A stretch of 64,000 bases of DNA, taken from the NCBI GenBank assembly GCA_040217195.1, contig JAVJNR010000004.1, positions 672,001 through 736,000 on the forward strand. The letters run 5' to 3'. This document shows, one piece after another, positions 37,740 through 47,959 of this stretch (within the stretch, counting starts at the first letter, position 1; each line of letters opens with the position of its first letter). The notes below the pieces were generated by a model. That model had not been told where the DNA came from. It saw nothing but the letters and a program-made list of their open reading frames with translations, and made no database searches. A program made the position numbers and the translations under genes. The DNA comes from Leptospiraceae bacterium (GTDB lineage: Bacteria; Spirochaetota; Leptospiria; Leptospirales; Leptonemataceae).

Positions 37740-38585
37740 TTATCCTTTGAAGCTCAGAAATTCCTGGATATTTCTTTCAATCTGGCTTTGAATCTTTTCC
37801 GGGTCTTCGCCCAGTTTTTCGGAGCGCAACTTTTTAAGAAATTCCAGGGTATGAATCACGTACGCCGGCTCATTTGTCTTACCTCGATGAGGAACCGGAG
37901 CCAAGAAAGGAGCATCGGTTTCCACCATCAGGCATTCCAGAGGCAGCTTCACCGCCGCTTCATGCAAGGTATGCGAATTCTTGAAAGTCAGGATCCCGCT
38001 GAAGCTTACTTTCCATCCCATTTCTACAAAGGGCATGGCCTCTTCGTAGCTGTAGGTAAAGCAATGCAGAACGCCTTTGATTCCACCCACTTCTTTCACT
38101 GCCTGTAAAGTGTCTGTTACGGACTGAGTTTTACCTGGCTCATACTGGCGAGTATCTCTGGTATGAATGACCACAGGCAAGTCCAGCTCCCTGGCCAGTT
38201 TAAGATGTTGATTAAGGGACTCTTTCTGTTCCTTTACAAATTCAGTGGTATGAAAATAGTCCAGTCCCGTTTCGCCAATGCCCAGAAATTCCGGCTCATC
38301 TCGATGCTTGCGAACTATATCGAAAATTCCATTTAAAGATTCCAATTCATTCGCTGCTTCTGGATGAAGCCCGGCCGTCCATCGTAGAGAAAAGGCATCG
38401 GCCATCTTGAGCCGCTCGGAGTACTTCTCTTTTAGGGAGCCATTAAACGAAGCGGAGCGCAGATCGGTAGAGATTTGAACCAGGCCGGCCAGGTTTGCCT
38501 CTATTGCATTTTGCAGGCTTTGATCCACAGGGATCCCTTGAGAAGCTACTATATCCAGGTGACAGTGAGTGTCATAAACAGCCAT
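37740..38585 (-). CDS. tatD: TatD family hydrolase
   Basis: DTHCH, GLHP, IGETGLDY, IHTRD, LHCFT and ETDAPFLAP motifs. Confidence 0.95.
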   Translation of the reverse strand: MAVYDTHCHLDIVASQGIPVDQSLQNAIEANLAGLVQISTDLRSASFNGSLKEKYSERLKMADAFSLRWTAGLHPEAANELESLNGIFDIVRKHRDEPEFLGIGETGLDYFHTTEFVKEQKESLNQHLKLARELDLPVVIHTRDTRQYEPGKTQSVTDTLQAVKEVGGIKGVLHCFTYSYEEAMPFVEMGWKVSFSGILTFKNSHTLHEAAVKLPLECLMVETDAPFLAPVPHRGKTNEPAYVIHTLEFLKKLRSEKLGEDPEKIQSQIERNIQEFLSFKG

Positions 38586-38735
38586 AGCTCCAGGTCAAAT
38601 CTAGCCCGGGGCATGTCAAGTCCCGATTACTTGACAGTTTCCACCGAAACAAGACTTATACTTCCGATTCAAAGTAAATGTATGCCTGCTTCGAATCCTG
38701 CTGGATTCTGGCGCACTGCATCCAGAGGTTTGTCT

Positions 38736-40496
38736 GTGAACGCAACTCTACCAGCTTTAGCCGTAATACTTGCCTATGTGGCCGGATACTTCTTTTACAG
38801 CCGTTACCTTGCAGTAAAGGTATTCAAACTTAGAGAACATGCAATCACTCCAGCTCACAGTGAAAACGATGGAATCGACTTTGTTCCCACCAATCGGTAT
38901 GTATTGTTTGGACACCATTATGCATCGATTGCAGGCCTGGCGCCCATGCTGGGACCCGCTGTTGCTGTAATCTGGGGATGGCTTCCTGCTCTACTCTGGG
39001 TCACTCTGGGTGCCATCTTCATTGGCTGTGTTCATGATTTTGGCTCCCTGGTCGTAAGCGTGCGAGCGAAAGGACAGTCCATTGGGGCTGTGGCTAAAGG
39101 AATCATTCATCCCAGGGCCCGATTGCTCTTCCATATTATCATCTTATTTCTTGTGGCTCTGGCCATGGGGGTATTCGTTTACGTAATTGCATTTTTGTTT
39201 TCTCCTGCCCCGGATGAGGCCAACGCAGCCATTCACTTTCCTCAGGCTGTAAGCCCTTCCTTTGGTCTGATCGTAATTGCTGCCATTATTGGTTACTTGA
39301 TCTATAAAAAGAATGCTCCGTTGAAATGGCTCACTCCAATTGGCCTGGCACTGACCATTTTACTTATCTATGTTTCCAGCTTTTCTCATTACGGTGACTG
39401 GCTGGATCTAGGTTTCGTGGGAAAGGAAGGGATGGCCAATTCCATAAAAATATGGAGCGCAGTACTTCTCATCTATGCCTTGCTTGCCTCCGTGCTTCCG
39501 GTATGGTCTTTGCTTCAGCCACGGGACTTCCTGAACAGCCTACTTCTTTATGCAGGAATGATTGGATTGTTCATTGGATTCTTCATAATTCAGCCTGAAT
39601 TTGTGGCGCCGGCCGTGCGATTGGATGTGGAAGGTTCCCCCGGCCTTTTTCCCTTTGTATTTATCATTATCGCATGCGGCGCAGCCAGTGGATTTCATAG
39701 CCTTGTGGCCAGCGGAACCACAGCAAGGCAACTAAACAAGGAATCGGATGCTCGATTCATAGGCTACGGAGGAATGATCGGAGAATCGCTACTGGGCTTT
39801 GTGGCAGTTCTGGCTACAACAGCTGGCATGACCGACCATGTTTCCTGGGAAAGTCGGTATGCGAACTGGAATGCGATTCAGGGACTGGGCGCCCAGGTAG
39901 GAGTGTTTATTCAGGGATGCAGCCGCTTTCTCGAAGGAGTGGGAATTCCGCAGTCTGTGGGTGCTTCCTTCATAAGCGTTATTGTAGTAAGCTACGCACT
40001 CACATCCCTGGATAGTGCCACAAGATTGCTGCGATACAATATAGAAGAGATTGCCAGCTTTTTAAACATATCCTGGCTTCAGAATCGCTATCCGGCCAGC
40101 CTGCTGGGTATTGCATTTATTGCATTTTTCGCATACTATGAAATCGACGGTCGTCCAGCGGGATTGGCTTTGTGGGCCCTATTTGGAACTACGAACCAGA
40201 TTCTTGCAGGACTGGCTTTGCTTGTAGTAACTCTATATTTGCTCAAGCGCGGATGGCAATGGTACATCACCGGAATACCCATGGTTCTACTTCTGGGAGT
40301 TACTATCCATGCGATGATTGAAGGTATCCACGGATTTATCTTCAGGGAAGGAGGAGTGGAATGGCCATTGACGATTATAGGAAGCTTCCTGCTTATTCTG
40401 GCCGTCTGGCTTATAGTGGAGGCCGTACTGGCCGTACTGCGTTTCAAAAAGAGAGGCGTTCTAATTGAAGATTACGAAGTGGAAGAAACCCATTAA
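38736..40496 (+). CDS. cstA: Carbon starvation protein A family transporter
   Basis: TPAH...DGIDFVP, GHHYASIAG, PVWSLLQPRD and ACGAASGFHSL motifs; GTG 38736 with AGAGG. Confidence 0.93.
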   Translation: MNATLPALAVILAYVAGYFFYSRYLAVKVFKLREHAITPAHSENDGIDFVPTNRYVLFGHHYASIAGLAPMLGPAVAVIWGWLPALLWVTLGAIFIGCVHDFGSLVVSVRAKGQSIGAVAKGIIHPRARLLFHIIILFLVALAMGVFVYVIAFLFSPAPDEANAAIHFPQAVSPSFGLIVIAAIIGYLIYKKNAPLKWLTPIGLALTILLIYVSSFSHYGDWLDLGFVGKEGMANSIKIWSAVLLIYALLASVLPVWSLLQPRDFLNSLLLYAGMIGLFIGFFIIQPEFVAPAVRLDVEGSPGLFPFVFIIIACGAASGFHSLVASGTTARQLNKESDARFIGYGGMIGESLLGFVAVLATTAGMTDHVSWESRYANWNAIQGLGAQVGVFIQGCSRFLEGVGIPQSVGASFISVIVVSYALTSLDSATRLLRYNIEEIASFLNISWLQNRYPASLLGIAFIAFFAYYEIDGRPAGLALWALFGTTNQILAGLALLVVTLYLLKRGWQWYITGIPMVLLLGVTIHAMIEGIHGFIFREGGVEWPLTIIGSFLLILAVWLIVEAVLAVLRFKKRGVLIEDYEVEETH

Positions 40497-40625
40497 TGCA
40501 TAGTTATTCATCTCATGCCTGAAATTGAAATTTCCCTGGCATTCATTTTGCCCGGGTCCGCCAGCGGAGTAAACTACCGGCTGGAATTGGCAGACGGAAG
40601 GAGCCGGCCCATCCGAGCATCTAGA

Positions 40626-41024
40626 CTATTTTCCGGCCGCATCCACCAGCCTGGCTCGAAGTTCCGAACCGATGGGACCAGTGGATTGTTTCGTATGATC
40701 CCAGTAGGCCTGCACAGTCCTGGCCGAACAATGCACAAACTGATCTTTCAAGTTTCGAACTTCGTAGAGAAAATCCCAGGAAGCACCACCAATGCGTCCT
40801 ACTCCGATTCCCACCTCAATCCCATCCAGAATGGTCACCGGCTTTTTATAGTCCAGCTCAGCATGAACCAATAGAAAGGGGAAATCCAGAGCGCTCTTTA
40901 GAGGAAATAAACTATCATAATAGCGAACTCGGGCTTGCTCACAATAGGTAAGAAAGATTGCATTATTCACATGTCCAAAGGCATCCAGGTCCTGAAACCG
41001 CACATCCACGGGATAATAGATCAT
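40626..41024 (-). CDS. Acyl-CoA thioesterase (4HBT/YbgC family)
   Basis: VRFQDLDAFGHVNNAIFLTYCEQAR. Confidence 0.92.
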   Translation of the reverse strand: MIYYPVDVRFQDLDAFGHVNNAIFLTYCEQARVRYYDSLFPLKSALDFPFLLVHAELDYKKPVTILDGIEVGIGVGRIGGASWDFLYEVRNLKDQFVHCSARTVQAYWDHTKQSTGPIGSELRARLVDAAGK

Positions 41025-41253
41025 AGCGCAAATTTTCCTGCCCCTGCCACCCCGGCAAGTGCTACAGAAATCGTATCCGACCTAGCCCGGCCAAATGCAA
41101 TGTTCGGGCCGGAAGACATTGAGCCATCCGCCGTCCGGGCTTGAAATCATCTGTAAATCAGGCTCCGAGATTCCCGGTCCGGGGTTCCTGGCTGTGGATT
41201 CCTGGCCCGGGATTCGCTTGCCATTTTTCCCAGCTCGCTCATTTGTGCCAAAA

Positions 41254-41268
41254 CGAGACTGAGTCTCA
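41254..41268. promoter_or_regulatory. Candidate iron box upstream of exbB
   Basis: CGAGACTGAGTCTCA, 28 bp before ATG 41297. Confidence 0.7.
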
Positions 41269-41296
41269 TTCTTTACGAGGCCAACCGGAGGAAGCA

Positions 41297-41944
41297 ATGA
41301 ATCCAATGCAACTATTCGAAATGGGCGGGGCTTTCATGTGGCCCATTCTAGTACTTCTGGTGCTTACAATCAGCCTGGCCCTGGAAAGAATCATCTACTA
41401 TGCCTGGACCTACAGTGCTCCCGGTGAGCCAGACGAATTTCTGCAGAAGGGTCAGATCCAGCAAGCCGAACCAGGTAGTCTGCTGGACCGACTTCTTCCA
41501 GATTTCCGTGGTCGATTCCAGAGGTTCGCTCCGGTGCGCATGGTTCATAACGTAATGGTTCGCCATGGAGGATCCGGTCAGTCCTTCGATGCAGCTTTGC
41601 AGAGGGCTGGAAATGAGATCAGTGAGGAAATGAGCCGCAGATTGTCCCTGTTTCCTCTGGTAAGCTCGGTGGCTCCCATGATTGGACTTCTGGGTACTGT
41701 GGCCGGAATGATGGAATCCTTTCAAGCCATCGCTGCCAGCGGCGGGCAGGCAAATATGGGAGAACTGGCAGATGGAATCTGGGTGGCCATGACAACCACA
41801 GCCTTTGGACTCATGACTGGAATACCTGCTTATCTATTCCATGGACTCTTCTTGAGTATAGTAAATCGGCGTCTCTCTTTGATGAATCGAACGGCCCATT
41901 ACCTGGAGGAACAGGGAGGGCATCCTATTCGGGAGGTAGCATGA
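41297..41944 (+). CDS. exbB: ExbB/MotA/TolQ proton channel
   Basis: GGAFMWPI, APMIGLLGTVAGM and AMTTTAFGL motifs; RBS GGAGG. Confidence 0.92.
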   Translation: MNPMQLFEMGGAFMWPILVLLVLTISLALERIIYYAWTYSAPGEPDEFLQKGQIQQAEPGSLLDRLLPDFRGRFQRFAPVRMVHNVMVRHGGSGQSFDAALQRAGNEISEEMSRRLSLFPLVSSVAPMIGLLGTVAGMMESFQAIAASGGQANMGELADGIWVAMTTTAFGLMTGIPAYLFHGLFLSIVNRRLSLMNRTAHYLEEQGGHPIREVA

Positions 41945-42336
41945 AATTCCCTCCTTTAAGCAAGAAAAGCAATGTAATGGACATTGCTCCTATGGTGGAT
42001 CTGGTTTTCCTTCTGCTTGTATTCTTTATGGTGGGTTCCAAATTTGCGAGCCCTTCGCTGGAGATGGAGCTACCTTCCGCTAGCTCCGGTAATAATAGCG
42101 AATCGGAAAATATCATAATTTCTGTGGACCGGCATGCAAAAATTTATCTGGCCGGGAATCCTGTTGATCAGTCTTCGCTTACCCGGAGGTTAACAGAACT
42201 GATCACCGAAAAGCCTGAAACCCAGGTCCTGCTTCGAGCCGATGGGAAAATCACTTACGACCTTTTTGTTCAAATAATGGATCGTACAAGGAAGGCAGGT
42301 GTTCAGAATCTGAGGCTGGAATATGAACCCAAATAG
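41941..42336 (+). CDS. exbD: ExbD/TolR
   Basis: DIAPMVDLVFLLLVFFM and LLRAD motifs. Confidence 0.93.
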   Translation: MKFPPLSKKSNVMDIAPMVDLVFLLLVFFMVGSKFASPSLEMELPSASSGNNSESENIIISVDRHAKIYLAGNPVDQSSLTRRLTELITEKPETQVLLRADGKITYDLFVQIMDRTRKAGVQNLRLEYEPK

Positions 42337-42853
42337 AATGGAACGTACCCTTCGCCGCGGCTCACTTTTCTGGATGTTCTCAGTTCTGGCTCTACCAATA
42401 ACTCTACTTTTGTTCGGTGAGACTTACTCATCCGGGCCCGCCGCCGATGACTCACCGGTTTCGCATGTATCCTTTCATTTTGCTCAGCCGGAAAATAAGG
42501 GAAGCGAATCTCCAGCAACCAACCAGCCAGCCCCGGGGGACAATCGCAGTACTTCAGCTAGAGAGGGTAAAAATCATTATTTATCCCAGGTACTTCGCAG
42601 AATTGAGAAAAATAAGAGATATCCGTTAAGAGAATTCAATGATCGTATTCAGGATTCGGTGCGAGTGCGGATGAGTATTTCCGCCACCGGCGAACTGGCC
42701 CATGCAAGCATCACTGCTCCCAGCAAGTATTCAGCTTTCAATAACGAAGCAGTCAACTGTATTCGGCGAAGCGCACCCTTTCCGCCGTTTCCATCCGAAA
42801 TGGAGCAGACATCGATTACTCTAAATTTGAAGATTGAATTTCGTCTGCGGTAA
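42323..42853 (+). CDS. tonB: Short TonB-family energy transducer
   Basis: TM anchor, short linker, C-terminal KRYP...SAPFPPFP domain. Confidence 0.8.
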   Translation: MNPNRMERTLRRGSLFWMFSVLALPITLLLFGETYSSGPAADDSPVSHVSFHFAQPENKGSESPATNQPAPGDNRSTSAREGKNHYLSQVLRRIEKNKRYPLREFNDRIQDSVRVRMSISATGELAHASITAPSKYSAFNNEAVNCIRRSAPFPPFPSEMEQTSITLNLKIEFRLR

Positions 42854-42879
42854 GATAATTTCGCGCCGGACTTACCGAA

Positions 42880-43245
42880 ATGAATGACCTGAGCACAATC
42901 GAAATCAAACCTTTCATTCCATCAAAAGACTTTGAAACCAGCAAAGACTTTTACTCGGCCCTCGGTTTCGAATGCAAATGGAGCGATAATTCTCTGGCTT
43001 ACTTTGCTTTCGAGAATACAACTTTTTTGCTCCAGAATTTCTATCTAGAAGCTCATGCAGAAAACTATATGATTCATTTACTTGTGAATTCTGCAGATGC
43101 ATGGTGGAAAAAGATCGTGGATGCAAAGCTTACGCAGCGATTCAAGATCAAGGTAACAAAACCCCAGGATCAGGAATGGGGCATTCGAGACTTTGTCCTC
43201 ATCGATCCCAGTGGTGTACTGTGGCGCATTGGAAATAACATCTAA
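42880..43245 (+). CDS. VOC/glyoxalase family protein
   Basis: PFIPSKDFETSKDFYSALGF...WGIRDFVLIDPSGVLW. Confidence 0.9.
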   Translation: MNDLSTIEIKPFIPSKDFETSKDFYSALGFECKWSDNSLAYFAFENTTFLLQNFYLEAHAENYMIHLLVNSADAWWKKIVDAKLTQRFKIKVTKPQDQEWGIRDFVLIDPSGVLWRIGNNI

Positions 43246-43477
43246 GGCCAATCCAGTGATACCTGGATTCGAAGCGGCCTGGACAATCCCTTCCTCTGTT
43301 CCCTGACATATGCCCGCCTGGCCTGTGTATCCATTGAGCCGCGTAACGAATTGCCATCACAGTCTTTCTGGCATGGTTTCTTTCCCGGGCGAATAGAATC
43401 ACCTGGTTTCAATCTTTAAACGGGGCCACTGAGGACCCCGTTCATAGCAAGTTGCTCAAACCCGCGACCGGGGTTGC

Positions 43478-44083
43478 TCAGTTCGTGATCTGCAGAGTGG
43501 GACGCGGATCCCCGGAATCCAGGGGCTGTGGCGCGCCCGGTGAGGCAGTACCTGTGCCAGTATAGATTTGAATCTGATATGTCCCGGCCTGAAGAAAGTC
43601 AATATAGCGAGGCGATGAACTTTCATCGGTCTGACTATAGTGGGTACCCTCCGAGGCAGCTGGTGCAGTGGTCAGATCGGTGGGACATCCGGATGCCTGT
43701 ACAGCTGCAGAAATCACCCTGGAACTGGTTCCAATTTTGGCAAAATTCTTAATCTCCAGCCTGGTCCCCACCGAAGCGCTGACCTGAATCAGGACACTGT
43801 AATCGCTGGTAGAGTTCACTCCCGAACCGTGGTCGGTGAACATTTCCTGCTCCGTTCCCGAAGCAGTGTAAAGAACTCGGGTTCCAGTCGTTGTACCACC
43901 TCCTCCACTGGAACTGGTCACCTCACAATTCTGTGGAGGCACAACGGCCGTTGCCAGAGCAACCAGAGCCATCATTTCATCGTTGCTGTCTTCCTCTTGC
44001 AGACCCAGCAGTTCGCAACCAACTGAGCTGTACAGTGCCATAACCAGTATGGCGGTAAGCTGAGATAATCTTCTTGTAGTCAT
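43478..44083 (-). CDS. Lipoprotein of unknown function, divergent from hmuT
   Basis: Signal ending SVGC; Ser/Thr/Gly-rich beta domain; two further Cys. Confidence 0.7.
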   Translation of the reverse strand: MTTRRLSQLTAILVMALYSSVGCELLGLQEEDSNDEMMALVALATAVVPPQNCEVTSSSGGGGTTTGTRVLYTASGTEQEMFTDHGSGVNSTSDYSVLIQVSASVGTRLEIKNFAKIGTSSRVISAAVQASGCPTDLTTAPAASEGTHYSQTDESSSPRYIDFLQAGTYQIQIYTGTGTASPGAPQPLDSGDPRPTLQITN

Positions 44084-44102
44084 TTTGACTCTCCTATTAT
44101 TC

Positions 44103-44167
44103 TGAGATTGCGTCTCAATATCGTACAGCATCTACGCTGTCACCAATTTTTCTGAGACTCATTCTCA
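44103..44167. promoter_or_regulatory. Two candidate iron boxes 50 bp apart in the divergent promoter
   Basis: TGAGATTGCGTCTCA (44103) and TGAGACTCATTCTCA (44153). Confidence 0.72.
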
Positions 44168-44210
44168 TTCTCGCTTGTCAAAAAAAGGCCCCTTTCATTC
44201 CGTGGGCCTC

Positions 44211-45059
44211 ATGCTACAGAAATCATTGAAACTGAACCTGGCAGTGTGCCTTTCGGCCCTGCTCTTTTTGGCCTCCCCATTATTTGCAGAAGCTCCTGCA
44301 CGGATTGTATCTCTGAACGGAAGTATGACGGAGATCTTATTTGCTATTGGTGCCGGTAACCAGGTGGTAGGTGTGGACACTTCATCTATTCATCCGCCTT
44401 CCGCTCAGAAGCTTCCCAAAGTAGGATATCAAAGAAGCATTTCAGCGGAAGGAGTCCTGTCGCTTAAGCCGGATTTGATTATTGGAACGGCGGAGGCCGG
44501 GCCACCACCTGTACTTCAGCAATTGCGCTCCAGTGGAGTGAATCTGATTCTATTTGAGGATAAGTGGACTCCAGAATCTACTTATGCGAAAATCCTGTTT
44601 GCCGGAAAGCATTCAGGACATGAAACCGAAGCAAGGGCTCTGGTTTCCAGAATGAAAGACTCCATTGCCAACCTCAAGAGACCTTCGCGCAAATGGAAGG
44701 TTCTGTTTATCTATGCACGGGGCCCGGGTATGGTTCAGGTATCCGGCACAGAAACCCAGGCTCATGGAATGATTGAACTGGCAGGCGCCACAAATGCAGT
44801 CACAGGATTCCAGGGGTTTCGCCCTCTCACTTCTGAAGCCATGGTAGGTGCCAATCCGGAAGTGATTTTAATCCCTACTCGAGCACTGGAAAGCATTGGA
44901 GGTGTAGATGGACTTCTTCGAATTCCAGGAATTGCACTAACAGATGCAGGTAAGAACCGGCGAATTATTTCCATGGATGATCTGCTACTACTGGGCTTTT
45001 CTTCCAGGCTTCATATTGCATTAGAAGAACTGGTTTCGCAGCTTGCAAATTTGAAATGA
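44211..45059 (+). CDS. hmuT: Haem ABC transporter substrate-binding protein
   Basis: RIVSLNGSMTEI, VGVDTSS and VGYQRSISAEGVLSLKP (haem-ligand Tyr). Confidence 0.9.
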   Translation: MLQKSLKLNLAVCLSALLFLASPLFAEAPARIVSLNGSMTEILFAIGAGNQVVGVDTSSIHPPSAQKLPKVGYQRSISAEGVLSLKPDLIIGTAEAGPPPVLQQLRSSGVNLILFEDKWTPESTYAKILFAGKHSGHETEARALVSRMKDSIANLKRPSRKWKVLFIYARGPGMVQVSGTETQAHGMIELAGATNAVTGFQGFRPLTSEAMVGANPEVILIPTRALESIGGVDGLLRIPGIALTDAGKNRRIISMDDLLLLGFSSRLHIALEELVSQLANLK

Positions 45060-46081
45060 GACTTCCTGGCCACATACTGATTGCGAGTCCGGGCATCCTT
45101 TTGCTCATCGCCGGTGCCATCACATCCATGTGTATGGGAGCTTTTTCCATTCCTGTGGCCTGGATACCGGGGCTGCTATTGGGCGAAGGCTCCGGCGATC
45201 AGGCCATGGCTTACCAGGTATTATGGGCCATTCGACTTCCCAGGGTAATCCTTGCAGTGTTCATGGGCGGAGCCCTGGGTTTTTCCGGAGCTCTGATGCA
45301 GGGACTGTTTCGCAATCCGATTGTGGATCCAGGTTTGATTGGTATCTCCTCTGGATCCGCATTGCTTGCAGCAATATCCATAGTGCTGGGCTCTCAATTT
45401 CCATTACTGCAGGGAAATGCTGCACTTTCCATCGCCGCATTTCTTGGCGGAGTGGGCACTTGCTTTTTAGTATACGTCATTTCCACCGGATCCGGTCGAA
45501 CCAGTGTAGCCACTCTATTGTTATCCGGTGTGGCTATTATGGCTCTGGCAGAAGCTTTCATCGGCTTTTTAACGTTTCTCGCAGACGATGATCAACTCAG
45601 GGACCTGACCTTCTGGAGAATGGGCAGTTTAAGCGGTGCTACCTGGCAGAAGCTTCCCTATGTGCTACCGGTCCTGGCTCTTCCGTTGGTAACGTTTCCA
45701 TTTCTTGGAAAAGGATTGAATGCACTTTCTCTGGGAGAACGGGAAGCGGCCCATCTGGGACTGCCTGTGGAACGATTCAAGCAGGGTCTGGTAGTGATAG
45801 CAGGCCTTTGCGTAGGAGCCGGTGTGGCTGTGGCTGGAATCATAGTATTCGTAGGCCTTGTTGTTCCCCATCTGGTTCGCCTGGCCACTGGACCGGATCA
45901 TCGCACACTATTGCCTTATAGTTTCCTACTCGGATCCATTGTACTTACTTTTGCCGATCTTCTGGCAAGGACTGTTGTTGCACCCTCTGAATTGCCCATA
46001 GGAATCATCACGGCCTTTCTGGGTGCTCCTTTTTTTCTATACCTCATTCAGCGAAGAAAAGGAGAACTATCGTGGGCCTGA
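45056..46081 (+). CDS. hmuU: Haem ABC transporter permease (FecCD)
   Basis: IRLPR, QGLFRNP, GEREAAHLG, FVGLVVPH and ELPIG motifs. Confidence 0.92.
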   Translation: MRLPGHILIASPGILLLIAGAITSMCMGAFSIPVAWIPGLLLGEGSGDQAMAYQVLWAIRLPRVILAVFMGGALGFSGALMQGLFRNPIVDPGLIGISSGSALLAAISIVLGSQFPLLQGNAALSIAAFLGGVGTCFLVYVISTGSGRTSVATLLLSGVAIMALAEAFIGFLTFLADDDQLRDLTFWRMGSLSGATWQKLPYVLPVLALPLVTFPFLGKGLNALSLGEREAAHLGLPVERFKQGLVVIAGLCVGAGVAVAGIIVFVGLVVPHLVRLATGPDHRTLLPYSFLLGSIVLTFADLLARTVVAPSELPIGIITAFLGAPFFLYLIQRRKGELSWA

Positions 46082-47955
46082 TACTGAACAAAGTAAGCTA
46101 CAGCGCCGGAAGCAGGAGCATATTAGAACAGGTTAGTCTGGAAATTCATCCCGGTGAGTTACATGTGTTGCTGGGCCCCAACGGAGCCGGAAAATCAACT
46201 CTACTGGGACTACTAACCGGTGACCTGAAGCCATCCAGCGGCACAGTACAGCTGGATGATATTTCCCTGCAGGAGTATCGTTCCAGGGAATTGGCCAGAC
46301 GTCGGGCCGTTCTGCTTCAGGCCAGTGTGGTGCCTTTCGCATACAGAGCAGAAGAGATCGTAAAACTTGGACGATTACCTCATACGGATCCAGGGCTGGA
46401 TGATTGGGCTGTGGCCAGGTCGCTGCAAAGAACAGAGTCCACTGCATTCAGCCAGCAATCCTATTTAACTTTATCCGGCGGGGAAAAGCAAAGAATCCAG
46501 CTTTCCCGGGTATTGTGTCAACTGGAAGGTCAAAACGGTACATCCTATATGCTTCTGGACGAGCCAGTCACAGGATTGGATATGAAGCATCAATTGCAGA
46601 TGTTGGAGATTGCGCGAAGAAAGGCCGAAGAAGGCACCGGGGTGTTTTTGATCCTCCACGATCCAGGGCTGGCTGCTCGGTATGCCCATCGAATCACACT
46701 TCTAAAATCGGGGCATGTTCTGTCTTCTGGTTCTCCTTGCGAAACTCTAAACGAAGAAAGTCTGAGCAATCTATACGACGTTAGAATCCAGGTCTTTCAG
46801 GATGAGCTGGGAATCCAGGCGATAATTCCTGCAGGAATGCACAACGGAAAGGAAAACTCGAACCGATTACTTCAATCGAATGAAAGAAATTCAAAATCAA
46901 AAACAGACAAGGAGACTGAGATGAATGAATTAAAACAAAAGTGGGATGCTCTCAAAGAAGAAAATCCACGTCTTCGAATTCGCGACGCGGCCACAAAACT
47001 GGGAGTAAGCGAAATGGAGCTACTGGCCACAAGAAAGGACGATGTTACCTATCTTCGACCAGAATTTGCCGAGATCATGTCAGAGGTAGGCACGCTGGGA
47101 AAAGTGATGGCACTAACCAGAAATGAAGCCTGCGTTCATGAAAGAAAAGGAGTCTATGACAATATTTCTGCCAAGGGCCCCACAGGACTGGTGGTTGGTC
47201 CGGACATCGATCTTCGAATATTCTACTCCGGATGGAAACATGCATTCGCAGTAAACGATGTGATTCGCGGCGAAGCTCGATCAAGTCTTCAATTTTTTGA
47301 CGGACATGGAAGAGCGCTTCATAAGATCTACGAAACCGAGTCATCCAATAAGGGAGCGCTTGCACGACTGGCTGAGAAATTCAAGAATGAAGACCAGACT
47401 ATGCAATTCCAGGTATCTCCGGTGCCGGCTCCCACTCCTCTAATCGAACAATATGGTAACGTGGACAAAACTGAATTTCTTTCGGATTGGGCTGCACTAA
47501 AAGATACTCATGAATTCTTCAGCATGCTCAAGAAACATGACTGCCATAGATTCCAGGCCATGGAACTGGCAGAAGGTCAGTTCACAACTCTATTGAATAA
47601 TCAAGCACCTACCAGGATGCTCGAACTGGCTGCAGAAAAAGAGCAAGAGATCATGGTATTTGTAGGAAGCCCCGGTCTGATTCAGATCCATACAGGCCCG
47701 GTAACAAACATCAAGCCTTTGAATGAATGGATTAACGTCATGGATCCGGATTTCAACCTGCATCTTCGCACCGATCTGATTCAGAAAGTCTACCTGGTAG
47801 AAAAGCCTACAGAGGATGGCACTGTAACCTCTGTGGAATGCTTCGATGAAAACGGTGACATGATCGTTCAGTTCTTTGGAAAAAGAAAACCAGGGCAGAT
47901 AGAGCAGAGCACCTGGACTGACCTGGCTCATTCACTGAAAGCTGTGGGGGTGTAA
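46072..47955 (+). CDS. Single ORF joining the haem ABC ATPase (HmuV) to a HemS/ChuS haem-degrading/trafficking protein; internal start at 46921
   Basis: GPNGAGKST, LSGGE, LLDEP and ILHD motifs, then MNELKQKW...RIRDAATKLGVSEMELL...DTHEFF...QFFGKRKPG; AAGGAG before ATG 46921. Confidence 0.9.
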   Translation: MGLILNKVSYSAGSRSILEQVSLEIHPGELHVLLGPNGAGKSTLLGLLTGDLKPSSGTVQLDDISLQEYRSRELARRRAVLLQASVVPFAYRAEEIVKLGRLPHTDPGLDDWAVARSLQRTESTAFSQQSYLTLSGGEKQRIQLSRVLCQLEGQNGTSYMLLDEPVTGLDMKHQLQMLEIARRKAEEGTGVFLILHDPGLAARYAHRITLLKSGHVLSSGSPCETLNEESLSNLYDVRIQVFQDELGIQAIIPAGMHNGKENSNRLLQSNERNSKSKTDKETEMNELKQKWDALKEENPRLRIRDAATKLGVSEMELLATRKDDVTYLRPEFAEIMSEVGTLGKVMALTRNEACVHERKGVYDNISAKGPTGLVVGPDIDLRIFYSGWKHAFAVNDVIRGEARSSLQFFDGHGRALHKIYETESSNKGALARLAEKFKNEDQTMQFQVSPVPAPTPLIEQYGNVDKTEFLSDWAALKDTHEFFSMLKKHDCHRFQAMELAEGQFTTLLNNQAPTRMLELAAEKEQEIMVFVGSPGLIQIHTGPVTNIKPLNEWINVMDPDFNLHLRTDLIQKVYLVEKPTEDGTVTSVECFDENGDMIVQFFGKRKPGQIEQSTWTDLAHSLKAVGV

Positions 47956-47959
47956 TCGG

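Noticed and set aside
38475..38735. N-terminal extension of cstA
   Set aside because: It overlaps divergent tatD; GTG 38736 has an RBS and starts the first TM helix.
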